Shown here piece by piece: positions 50,124 through 61,330 of a stretch of 64,000 nt of DNA. The DNA comes from Paraphysomonas bandaiensis (Eukaryota; Protista; Chrysophyceae). Where the stretch lies: positions 363,310-427,309 of the forward strand of contig CBFFRP010000352.1 of the NCBI GenBank assembly GCA_965644295.1, given 5' to 3'. Positions within the stretch are counted from its first letter, which is position 1, and the number at the start of each line of letters is the position of its first letter. A program made the translations under genes and the position numbers. Below the pieces are notes generated by a model. That model had not been told where the DNA came from, did no database searches, and saw only the letters and a list, made by a program, of their open reading frames with translations.

Positions 50124-51328
50124 TGAAAATCTGATTATTAAGAAGCGCAAGCTTGTGCGTTGCCGCGACCAACCTAACAACTCGCGCGACACTATGCATA
50201 ACATGACTCTCATCTAGTTACTATTGCATGCACCGACAAGTGCTCAACTATACAACACGATTTAGTTAGCTACATGGGCATACGACGAGTTGCGTGTTTA
50301 AGCCGGATCATACGCTCCTGCCCAATCTACTTGTCCTAACACAAACAACTTGCGGTCGGTGTCTTCGGCATATGTCTCCTGTATATGCGGCAGATCTTTA
50401 GGGCCCTTTTCAAGGTGGTGTTCACAGCAGCAGGTAGTCTGGAAGGGAGAATAAAGTAGCTCTATAGCGCCGGGTCCTCCCACGGTCACGAAGCGGTCTC
50501 ACTGGTGCAATTTTGCACACTGACGCATGAAACAGACATCTACCAAAATCTGTTACAAATTCAAGCTGACTCCAATGTCTTCCCTCCATTGTGTGCACTC
50601 GTCCAGCACATGCATCCACCTTGCACTCTTCTCCCGAGTGACTTACACTAGTAGGAAACCGTGCACCTTCCCCGCTCGGATGAAAACCTACTAAGCAAGA
50701 ATAACATAAAAGCACCACAAATGTACCTGACACTGCTTGGAGAACAGTGCCAGAGCCTTGATATAATCTCAATGACCTGGGTCAGGAGAAACCAAGACTA
50801 GGCAGTAGACGTGTGAGAAGACATGACAGGTCTAATCACATCATTGCCATTGCCATGCATCCATGAGGAAAGTTTGACGCATTACCTCGGTCATTGGCCA
50901 CACAGATACCGAATAATGTGAACTCATACTCAACATCAATCACTCAAAGCAAACGCAGGGAGCAAGCAGAATGTTGATATACCTGACATCTGCTGACTTC
51001 AGGTGTTTTGAGTTCTTAAGGTGAACATCCCGGATGCTTAACTTCAGCAGGCAGCCCAATACCCCGGTTACCCTTCTGGTGGGCCCTGTCCCGGATGCCC
51101 TTGAGGTGGGCCCATTCCCGGATGCCTGTTTATTCGTCAGGGCCCAAAGACATCTACACAAGTGACACTTATTAGTGTCCCTTGTACCACACAAGCATTT
51201 GGCTATGAGTGGGCAGAACAATATCTGCTGACTATGTTTGCGGCTCACGTTAGTTTCCCAGAGAGAATCTCTCCGGTACTTATCCCCCAGAACACCACGA
51301 AAAGGTGCGAGTCCGACTTTGTTGAGGG
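50124..51328 (-). mobile_element. Ribozyme-headed retroposon, complete long form (~1.2 kb)
   Basis: Perfect 13-bp TSD CCAAATTGAGTAT at 50111-50123 and 51329-51341. 5' end CCCTCAACAAAG, 3' end AATAATCAGATTTTCA(ATA). No RT ORF. Confidence 0.92.
51241..51328 (-). ncRNA. Putative HDV-like ribozyme (L1Tc/ingi Pr77-like)
   Basis: CCCUCAAC AAAGU CGGACUCGC ACC UUUUCGU GGU GUUCUGGG GGAUA AGUA CCGGAGAG AUU CUCUCUGG GAAACUAAC GUGAGCCG gives the order P1-P2-P3-L3-P3'-P1'-P4-J4/2-P2'. Confidence 0.68.
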
Positions 51329-51505
51329 CCAAATTGAGTATCACACATATACAGAGTATGTTAATCATGATTTGTTTAGGGCTTGCTCTTGTTTCCTGTT
51401 AAGCATTGATGGATATGTCGTCTGGTCGAAATGGAAATGCATACACTGCACAAGCAACGGCATCAGAATCCTATGATGCTATTCATACATATTATTATTA
51501 CATCA

Positions 51506-53225
51506 TCATAAATTAAATATTTTTCGCATTGTATTTGCATATTTTTGGTTAAGTTTACTTTTTTTGCAATTAGAGCAAGGAAACTTTTTCTCATATAAAG
51601 GTGCAAACCAAAAGTTTACAGCAATATTAAGAGGATAACCACTATGAGGCATATCGGAAGCACTCTTTGTTTCCGAAGAAAGTGATGTGACTTCATGCCA
51701 CCAAAATGAAGGCACCCACAGCGCATCTCCTTTGTCAACCTGACAGTCAACAGTTTCTACACTACTTGACAATACGTAGCGTTCTTTATTTCGTACTGAT
51801 CTCTCTGTACATGTTACGCCATCACTGACGGAACACGATTTGCTCTCTCTAATGGCCTCCATGTCGACAGGACTGTGAACCATAGAAGTTGACTCTAGTA
51901 AAAGTCTGCGTTTGAAAGAGTATTTGGTAGTTCGATTTGATGCACTTGAACCTACAACTGAATTTAGGCTTTCAAAAGGACCGCTGAGTTTCGTAGCTTC
52001 TAGTTGTGCCTCCCGCATATGACCCTCGTACATACGGGTGTTGTCACTTGGGTCTATTAAATGGAATATCTTTGATCCCTCAACCTGTAAATATTTTAGG
52101 TCAGCTCACGTTTACGCGAACCTCACAGATGTTGGGTACCTGTAGCAAAAGGTTATCGAAAGGGTCGAAATGAACCTTCCCGACCGTGTTTCCATCTCCA
52201 AGCCATAGGTATCCATTTCCTTCATGTAGATAACGAGACCAGTTTGCAAGGCATAATAGAATATCTAAACCGGATTCATTCTTGTTTCCAGTAGCACAAG
52301 ACGATTCTACGCCCGCCAGAGCAGAAAACATTCGCACAAGTGATGGGTCACTAAGCGACATGTACTCCACATATACATTGCTTCTATTTCCAGAATGATA
52401 GGTATCTTTAATTATCTCTAGTACATTTTTGAGTGGCATTTCTTCATGGACGGGCCTAACCACCACTAAATCAGGCGATTCCATCTGGTCTAGTATGTCG
52501 CGTGGTACGTGCTGCTCCTTGGCCATTTCCCAGTTCATCAATTGGTCCACACCTTCAAATGAAGAAGTTGGGCTCAATTTTGCCCCGACTATTACATTCT
52601 CAAACTCTCTCAAGACGGCATTAATACGATCTCTATTAACGGGACGGAAGAAGTTCTTCAGCACCACTGGGCGCTGAGGAAGCCAAAAAGACGACATGAA
52701 ATCAGATATGTTGAATGATGCATAATCAATAACATCACACTGTGTATTAGGATGTACAAGTTTATAATGACCACGTCTTATAGTTGAGTGCATATGAGGA
52801 TATGAGTACAGAGAGAGGCCGATAGCATCCACCACAAACAACCACACCTCCTCATAGGACGAGATGTTACCAGTGAACAGTGTTGAGACCCTTAGAGGCT
52901 TCACAGGGGGCTTAACTAGACATGTAAGGTCCTCATCATCAGGTGAGTAATGTATTAAGCACACGTGCTCCTGTGCACTGCATACGTCTGGTCGATCCCT
53001 ATAACTGAATGAGGAAAATGCAGAGTCGAAAACATCCGGCCCATAGCCACTGGACGATATGTTCATAGAGATATCTTGAAAGATCTTTATATAATCAGAG
53101 TGGTCTGTGTATATGTGGAAGTCATGTCTGTTAGTTATGATACTTGCTGTTGATGTATCAATATACGCATATACAGCATGGAGTATACCAATGAACAGGA
53201 ATCTCTTCAGAGCAGTATACTTCAT
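51506..53225 (-). CDS. JmjC/cupin-8 2-oxoglutarate/Fe(II) oxygenase (JMJD7/HSPBAP1-like), 2 exons
   Basis: QRPVVLKN, YLWLGDG..VHFDPFDNLL (HxD), GDALWVPSFWWHEV and NIAVNFWF. N-terminal signal-like peptide. Confidence 0.88.
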
Positions 53226-53646
53226 AGTATGTATTAGTATATAGGCCCTATGCGTAAACAATGCACTCTAATATAGTGCTACATGGAGCCCTATAGATAA
53301 TCTTGAGGGGGTACCCCCACATAGATTGTAATATCCATGCATCGAGACTTCCACTTCCTTCTCACTCGCACTTCCACTTCCAAATATCCATCTAGAAGAT
53401 GGGGACAACTACGACGTACTACACGCACGTATATAACATCTAGACATGTTGTTCTTCTGCTCCTCCTTACAGTTATTTTTCAGTTGTCATCAGTTGTTTT
53501 CAGTTTGTGTCGCTTGAAGATGCGCACTTATCTATGTTGTTGCATGCAGTATGCATATGCACTGCATCCCACACGACAACTGTGACATGAAATTGTCTAG
53601 ATAGTGGTGTGCACATACTGCATATCTGCAACATTATTAAGTGAGA

Positions 53647-55411
53647 ATGGCAGCCATAGCGAGGTCAGGATTGCGTAAACAGGCCTTCGGGCTCTCTCGT
53701 TCTTCGGTGAGAGTGGTGAGTGCCTCTTCTGAGGCAGCATATGTGGCTAATCGTGTGTTCTTGTTTTGCTCAGGCTTCACCTGCTCTTATGCAGAGCCGC
53801 CACATGGCCAACGTTTCTGGCGCAGTTGTAGAACTTTCTAATTACCTCGAGCAGAGAATTTCTCAGAAGTCTGAAGAGTTCGCTAAGGTACTCACATGCA
53901 ACAAGTTTGAATGTGTTGTTATTGTTTTGTATTTTATTTAGTCTGCCACTACCTTCGATGAGGTTGGAAAAGTCGTGTCTGTTGGAGACGGTATTGCTCG
54001 TGTATATGGATTGAACAAGGTACAGGCAGGAGAGATGGTTGTCTTCTCCTCTGGCCTCAGAGGAATGGCACTCAACTTGGAGGATTCCAATGTCGGTGTT
54101 GTGATTTTCGGTGATGATCGTTCTATCTTAGAGGGTGATACCGTCAAGCGTACCGGAGCTATTGTGGATGTCCCTGTGGGTCCTGAGCTCCTTGGTCGTG
54201 TTGTTGATGGTCTTGGTGAGCCCATTGATGGCAAGGGTGCTATCAACTCCAAACTCCGCTCTCGTGCCGAAGTTAAGGCCCCTGGTATCATCCCTCGTAA
54301 GTCTGTGCATCAGCCTATGCCCACTGGGTTGAAGGCCGTTGATGCCCTTATCCCTATCGGAAGAGGTCAGCGTGAGTTGATCATTGGTGATCGTCAAACC
54401 GGAAAAACCGCTGTTGCCATCGACACCATCATTAACCAGAAGACTAAGTCTGAGGAGGACCGCCTCATGTGTATCTACGTTGGTGTTGGTCAGAAGCGAT
54501 CTACCATCGCTCAGCTGGTTGGTACTCTCGAGGAATCTGAGGCCATGGGACACTCCGTTATTGTAGCTGCCACTGCTTCCGATTCTGCCCCTCTTCAGTT
54601 CCTTGCCCCTTACACTGGTTGCGCAATGGGCGAGTACTTCCGTGATAACGGAAAGCACGCTGTGATCTTTTACGACGATCTCTCCAAGCAGGCCGTTGCA
54701 TACCGTCAGATGTCTCTTCTTCTCCGTCGTCCTCCAGGGCGTGAGGCTTACCCCGGAGACGTTTTCTACCTCCACTCCCGTCTTCTTGAGCGTGCTGCTA
54801 AGATGGGTGACGCATTCGGTGCTGGTTCCCTCACTGCTCTCCCTATCATCGAGACTCAGGCCGGTGATGTGTCCGCTTATATCCCGACCAATGTGATTTC
54901 TATCACGGATGGTCAGATCTTCTTGGAGTCTGAGCTCTTCTACCAGGGCCAGCGCCCAGCAATTTCTGTCGGTCTCTCTGTGTCTCGTGTGGGATCCGCC
55001 GCTCAGGTCAAGGCCATGAAGCAGGTTGCCGGTACCATGAAGCTCGAGCTCGCTCAGTACAGAGAAGTTGCTGCCTTCGCTAAGTTCGGATCTGATCTTG
55101 ATCCCGCGACCCAGAAGCAGCTTAACCGTGGTGTTCGTCTGTACGAGCTCCTCAAGCAGGGACAGTACGTGCCCATGGAGATGGAGGAGATCGTTGTGAC
55201 TCTCTTCATCGGTGTCCGTGGATTTGCTGATCGCGTAGAGGTCTCTAAGGTTTCTTCCTTCGCCGCCTCGTGGTTGGATTTCATCAAGGCATCTCACAAG
55301 AGCGATGTCATTGATGCTATTGTCAAGTCTAACTACACCATTACCAAGGAGATTGAAGAGAACATGATGAAGCTCGCAGAGGACTATACTACATCATATA
55401 TCAACCAGTAG
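53647..55411 (+). CDS. ATP1: Nucleus-encoded mitochondrial F1 ATP synthase alpha subunit
   Basis: [34 protein letters not shown] and an Arg/Ser/Ala-rich presequence. Phase-0 introns 53716-53773 and 53888-53941 preserve the frame. Confidence 0.97.
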
Positions 55412-55913
55412 GAGCAAAGCCGCATTCATTGAATAATCGAATCTACAATCCGTAGTGGTGGTTGGTTCTGCACTTAATTATGTTGTGATTTAGTAGTGTA
55501 ACTAAAACTTCGTCAACTTGTCGAATATCGTGTGTTTCTTCATACACAATTCTAGGCGGACGTAATACTAGTAGAACGCCTTTTTCTACTTTCCTGTAGT
55601 ATTACGTGCTCCATATAATAGGCAAGAGCTTGTGTCAGAGCTGTAACGTTTTAATTTTGTCTACGTTGAGCACATATCGAATTCTATAACAACCAACTAT
55701 AGACATGTTGAGTTCTGCAAAATGAGTGCAATTGAAAGCTGTGGTTGTAGTTATAGGGTATTTTTACTGCGAGAATGATTGGCGATAAGTATATAGTGAC
55801 GATGCAAGTTGTAATGACGAAGTAAGATGGAACGACAAATGAGTGGTAGTAGAGACAACATGAAATTAATGAATGACACTGGCAAGTAGTTATGAAAGTG
55901 CATTTCTACAACC

Positions 55914-56445
55914 CCCTCAATAAAGTCGGACTCGCACCGGATACGTACCGCAGCTATTCCTTCGGAGAACTAACGTGAGCCGCATATAGAGTCAGCAGAT
56001 GACGTTCTACCCACTCATAGCCAAATTCCTGTGTGCTACAAGGGAAACTAATGCACTAATGTATGTGTCACTTGTGTAGACGCTTTGGGCCCTGACGAAT
56101 AAACAGTGAACAGACATCCGGTGGGCCCACCTCAAGGGCATCCGGGGTATTAGACTGCGTGCTGAAATTAAGCACCGGGCTGTTCACCTTAATCCGGGAT
56201 CGGGGTATTGGGCTGCCAGCTCAATTCAATCATTCCGGCTGTTAACTTTAAGATCTCAGTAGATGTCAGGTATGTGTCAATATTCTGCTTGCTCACTGCG
56301 TTTGCTTTGAGTGATAGAACGAAAGTGGTTGCACCTTTGTGCATGCGGTGACGCACAAGCGGCCTTCGTAGGGTTAAAGATTAAAGAGTAGGATATCAGA
56401 GTTAAGCACTGCCTCTTAAACGCCTATTGCAAATAATAAGACATT
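55914..56445 (+). mobile_element. Diverged short-form retroposon with a damaged ribozyme head and an internal duplication
   Basis: Starts CCCTCAATAAAGTCGGACTCGCACC, lacks L3/P1', keeps AACTAACGTGAGCCG and ends AATAATAAGACATT. ~50-bp duplicated unit at 56140-56250. Confidence 0.8.
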
Positions 56446-56695
56446 ATTCCTACTATAAAATCCGAAGATTGGTAGAAGGCAATAAAATTTATTGTATTTA
56501 TCTTACACAATAATTTGTTTACTTGATCAGCGACATGAGCGATACACTGGTACATCTACAAACTGCGAATATGATAGATTACATCCGTCACCCAATTGGG
56601 ATATCGATTTTGCATAAGCGTTCCGTCGCAGGTAGTAAGGCGACTAGGTGACAACGAACTACGTGTTATTTACCTCATTCTGTACCATTTCTTTT

Positions 56696-58791
56696 CTACG
56701 AGTCGATTACTGTAGGTTCTGGATGATCGTCTGAGACAACAGTGGATTCCGTGTTTAAAGAATCATCATACTCTATATCATACGGTATACCAGCGACGGA
56801 AACAAAGTACGAAAACACTACACCATACATACTTCGGCTTCTATCAGTGTCGCTTAAATAGAAATCTTTCAGATTCTTCAACATACGTTCAGCCTCATTT
56901 ACTTTGTATTCTTCCTGCGAGACCGAATTAAAACAACAAATCAAACAACAAAAGCATACCGGTATGTCGTTCTCAACAAACTGCTCACGTTCAATAACCA
57001 AACGATCCAACCAGTCCAATAGAAGACGAAGTGCCTTTATGCTAGTTTGTAGAATGCGTTTTCTGGTGACTCGATATATGACAGCACATGCAAGTTTCCA
57101 ATTCCTATTTAGAGCAGATTGGTTATCGTCTGATACAGCGAGATCACGCAATATGCAGCAATCCTGTTCTTCCGTGGTTGGATGGTCGCTTAAAAACTCC
57201 TCAATCGCATTTGAAAACAGTCTCAGTGCCAATATTTCGTTTTGTAATGACAATGGGTTGTCCAGTACGGTCTAGAAAAAATATCGAGTACAAAAAGGTG
57301 AAATCTATAAAAAAATCCACAGCAAAGCTCACTTACTGGGTTAAGAGTTTCTTTTAAATAGCTGAGCTCTCTGCTCGTCAGTGCGGCGATGCGGAAAAAT
57401 ACAAACAACTCGGCTGGAATTGCATCCCTGTAGAGGCAAAGTCGCTTGATGTAGGAAAATCCGTAGTCACAAGCAATTCCCTTTTTCTCTTCAATAAGTG
57501 GATCACCCACAGGAATCTTCCAGAACACGCTAACCTGAGTGTAGAAGTCAGCAGCACGAAGTTGCAGAACAATAGGTGTGACGCTACACAGTTGTAACTC
57601 ACATGGTCCCACTCGTTATCCATCATTGCAAATCCATAGTCCAACAATAGATTATCGTTTGGGCGACGACCATAAGAATTAAATACTTCAAACCCGGCAC
57701 CATACCTACAGATAATTGGTCAGCAAAATGCATAATACATGGTTTCTAGTGGTGAGTTTGAATATTACAATTATCACCACTCTGTGCAGGTTGCAGTGGA
57801 CACCTGTTTTTTCCGGTAGGAAAGAGCCGAAACGTTTGGTTGTTATCCATATCATAATCGTACTTAGTTTGCACATTGGCATGGTTAAGACAATCTGCAA
57901 AGGGTACAAGTGCAGTCCATGGAAGTCTACGACCGAAAGCTCTCGCCTGTATCGTGTCGAATGAAAATGCAAATCTTCGGTAAGTGAAAATATCCGGAGA
58001 CACAAGGTCTGGGTGGCGACTGCTCAGAACTCCCACCAGGCCCCGGTATACGGTCTACCATGTATAACTAGATAGGACTAAAACATAAAAGCACTGTATA
58101 CCTTGAGCTGCTGTCTCTTATTCTGAGCTCGATGTAGTAATTTGTCGTCCTGCATTAAATCAGCGTACTACTCAGCGTCAGAACAATATAAATAGCAATG
58201 TGACCTGAAGTTCTACCAACTCAGATTCTTTCCAGGTAGAAATGACACCAGGTGACGGAAGAATTCGAAAAAATGGAGCATAAAAAGAGTTTTCACCCTT
58301 GGATAGCTCATAGGACATGTACATCGTAAGCAATAAGTCTCCTGTATAGATAAGTTAGAACAGTTGTTTCATCATTCGAGAGACATGCCTCGCAAAACAT
58401 CTTTATTTTTACGAAACACTTCGCCCATTACCGAATCTGCAAAAGCTTTCTCCGGGGTCAACATGAGACTTGACGGTATCGACAACATGACTTCGTTTGT
58501 CTATACCGAAATAAGGGCACATGGCTTAACATATAACACAACAGAGAAGTACCTCAATATCTTCAAGAGCAACTGCTCCACGAATTCCACTGTTCTGTAT
58601 GGGATTAACAACGATTCATGCATATATACAGTACGATCACCACACTCTACCGTTTTGGAGCTTGGCCAATCAATTTTATCGAACTTCGCACCATTTTCAA
58701 TCAGCCATGACTTGAAGAGAGCAATGCTCTCGTCGTCAACATCACGACACCATTCTGAGTCGCTTTCTGATTCCATATTTAACGACTGCAT
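56696..58791 (-). CDS. SET-domain methyltransferase (SETD3/Rubisco-LSMT-like), multi-exon
   Basis: FKSWLIENGAKF, TIQARAF, ALVPFADCLNH and FNSYGRRPNDNLLLDYGF. Confidence 0.88.
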
Positions 58792-58954
58792 GCATTCAGA
58801 TCGTTCTAATTTCAAAACAAAAACATGCATACTGGCTGTGTCTATGTGTGTGTATGTGCCTCTGTGTACATCTCCTGCCTACACGCCTACACGAACTGTG
58901 AAGGATATACAGCACTGAATACATTGTATTTACACAAAAAATCAAGCAGACGTC

Positions 58955-58962
58955 AAAAAAAA
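58955..58962 (-). terminator. Pol III terminator (T8) for the tRNA-Ala
   Basis: T8 run 4 nt downstream of the tRNA 3' end on the minus strand. Confidence 0.8.
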
Positions 58963-58966
58963 GATG

Positions 58967-59039
58967 TGGACAACGTGGGCTTCGATCCCACTACCTCACG
59001 CATGCTAAGCGTGCGCTCTACCAATTGAGCTAGTCGCCC
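58967..59039 (-). tRNA. tRNA-Ala, anticodon AGC
   Basis: 73-nt cloverleaf GGGCGAC...GTTGTCCA with the G3:U70 Ala determinant, anticodon arm CACGC-TTAGCAT-GCGTG and T arm GTGGG-ATCGAAG-CCCAC. Confidence 0.96.
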
Positions 59040-59501
59040 TCATTGCCAGTATCGAACTGACTTTCTTTGGTGCTACATGATAGACAATTAAGGAAATATA
59101 AATAGCTCAGGTTTCTTGTGGGGGACACAGACAACATACACACACAGCAGTTGACATGACGATGGGATCTAGCTGTGGAAATGATCACATATATCTGCCT
59201 AAATAGCTGGTTGGTCAACTATCCCAATATATCTCCGGCTGGCAAAGTATTATGCAACATTTTACGTTTGAATTCGTAATGGGCGTAAACCTTAGAAGAG
59301 AGAAGTCAGTACATGTGGACTGTATATATTACTATCAACGTCGTAGTATCGTCCAAGAATATCGATTATATTGGCTGCTGCCCACATTATGTTGTGATTG
59401 TACTCGGAGTTTGTGATCTATTATTTTGCAATCTGAATGACTACAATCCGTCACGGAAGTTATACTCGGTTCGTTGGATTGCTTATACCTATCAATTATT
59501 G

Positions 59502-60493
59502 CAGGCTGCGTATCAATTAATAGTCCATTTTTGAAATGGCAATAATTGCAATTGGGACAGCAAATCAAAGTTGCAATTATAATTTGCTACAGCTTCTTTC
59601 AATTAATTGTCATTTAATTGATAGAAGAGTACCGTCAATTTGACACTGAAGTGCGTCAATGAGTTAGTACACTTAATCATAAGCGGTACAAATACATACA
59701 TATATCTAGTTAAAGGTTCAAATTAACTGATGACATCTACCAGAAAGTCAGACAATTGCTGCTCTATACTTCATGATAGCGACTAATCATTTTCAACATC
59801 AGCTTTTCTTAGGTGTGCAAATAACTATGATAACTACAGTTATTGCATGTATGTTCTTATAAAACAGTTTTTTTTGCTATGTAAATCCTATTGGCTTCGT
59901 CTTTATAATAGTTCATTTAATTGATCAACTAAATGAACTCACTGCATGATTTGTGACGACACTTCCAAACTGTAAAAATATTTATGAATGCTACTGTAGT
60001 AAGCTCCGTAAAAAATTATGCACAGCAGTCAAACAAGATACAAGAGCGCTATTTGCTTCTACGTGGTCAATTACAATCATGTGACGTTTGGTATTTGGTT
60101 CTGACGTGTTAAGTCGAATTCCAACTGAAATGGAGCATGCAAGCTTAGATGGGTGTAAATACTTGTTACAGAAAGGTGAAAACCAGCTTGACCTCCACAA
60201 CGTTCGTAATTTTGTTTGGCGAAATCATAACAATGCACCCGACCCCGATTGTCGAGCGTCATCTGGGCGACAATGCTGCTATAGTTTATAAAGCTGCTTC
60301 GAAAAAGCAGTTAAGAACAAAAGAAAATCAATTTCCTCTCTTTTAGTATGACAGTGGAGCAATCTATGTTAGCAGGTAATGTATAGCTACTTAAGTACAT
60401 AGTGAAGTATATATAAATTGCAAGTAATTGGGACAGCATGCGCTAATTGCAATTATAGCTGACTACAACCTACAACCTGTGTCAATTAATTGG
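59502..60493 (+). mobile_element. Second, more decayed copy of the hAT family at 6922-8033 (opposite orientation)
   Basis: Starts CAGGCTGCGTATCAATTAA and shares the subterminal AATTGC-rich blocks. Frameshifted transposase-like relic LQKGENQLDLHNVR../..ERHLGDNAAIVY at ~60165-60310. Right TIR eroded. Confidence 0.75.
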
Positions 60494-60902
60494 CTATTAT
60501 ATCAATAGGAGCCTTTCTGTTGATGATAATTAGAATATCATTTCACAAACAGCCTTGTAACAGCGTAATTTATATATATCGACACATCGAAATTCTCATT
60601 TCATTTTCCCATCACATTGTTCCGGTGAAGCTGCCAAGTTCAAATTCTATTATATATTGATAAATCTCATCAGATTGAACTTCTTCATCAGCAAATGTTA
60701 CACTAGGAAAGATATGATTACTTGCTTCACAGCTAGTTCTAAATTATATATTTTGACGAATATTAATTACAGCGGCACTACTGATCTTATCAATATCTTA
60801 TGATCAAATATGTAACTGCGAAATAGAGACATAAACATAATACTGATGGTGGCCAGATATACTATGTATTGGTTTTATGCATTGTAGAGAACGCAAAACG
60901 AA

Positions 60903-61189
60903 TTACTTCGATGACAGATACAAAAAATAAGCTACTCCAATGGCAGCCAGAATAATCCCAACAATTGCAACTATTGGTACTCCATTTGAATTTGACGAGG
61001 TTGAAAAGTCTAAATAGAAACCACTTGTAAAAACAGCTTATAAACATAAGAGCTAGACTTACTTTTCTTATTCGACATAATACCATGTCGTGCACGAAGC
61101 TGTGAAGCATTTAATTCGTCATCATTGGCAGTCCCGCCTCTGTGATATCGCTGTCTCAGCTCTGAAGCTGAAAGCGAACTGTCAGCCAT
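60903..61189 (-). CDS. 77-aa tail-anchored microprotein, 2 exons (61189-61063 and 61009-60903)
   Basis: MADSSLSASELRQRYHRGGTANDDELNASQLRARHGIMSNKKNFSTSSNSNGVPIVAIVGIILAAIGVAYFLYLSSK. A 53-nt GTAAGT..TTTAG phase-1 intron joins the frames exactly. Confidence 0.8.
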
Positions 61190-61320
61190 GATAACTACTT
61201 ATGAATTCTTTATTGTAAGAATGTTAATGCTTCTAAAAGCAAATATACTTGTGCTACGACGAAAGCAGGCTGCTAAATTGGAAACGCAACGCTGTGTTTA
61301 AAGTCTACACGCGTACATGG

Positions 61321-61330
61321 TACAGCAGTA
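61321..61330. promoter_or_regulatory. TACAGCAGTA motif ~130 bp upstream of the microprotein gene
   Basis: Exact copy of the recurrent motif. Confidence 0.4.

Noticed and set aside
54128-55297. 389-aa antisense ORF
   Set aside because: Shadow of the codon-biased ATP synthase alpha gene.
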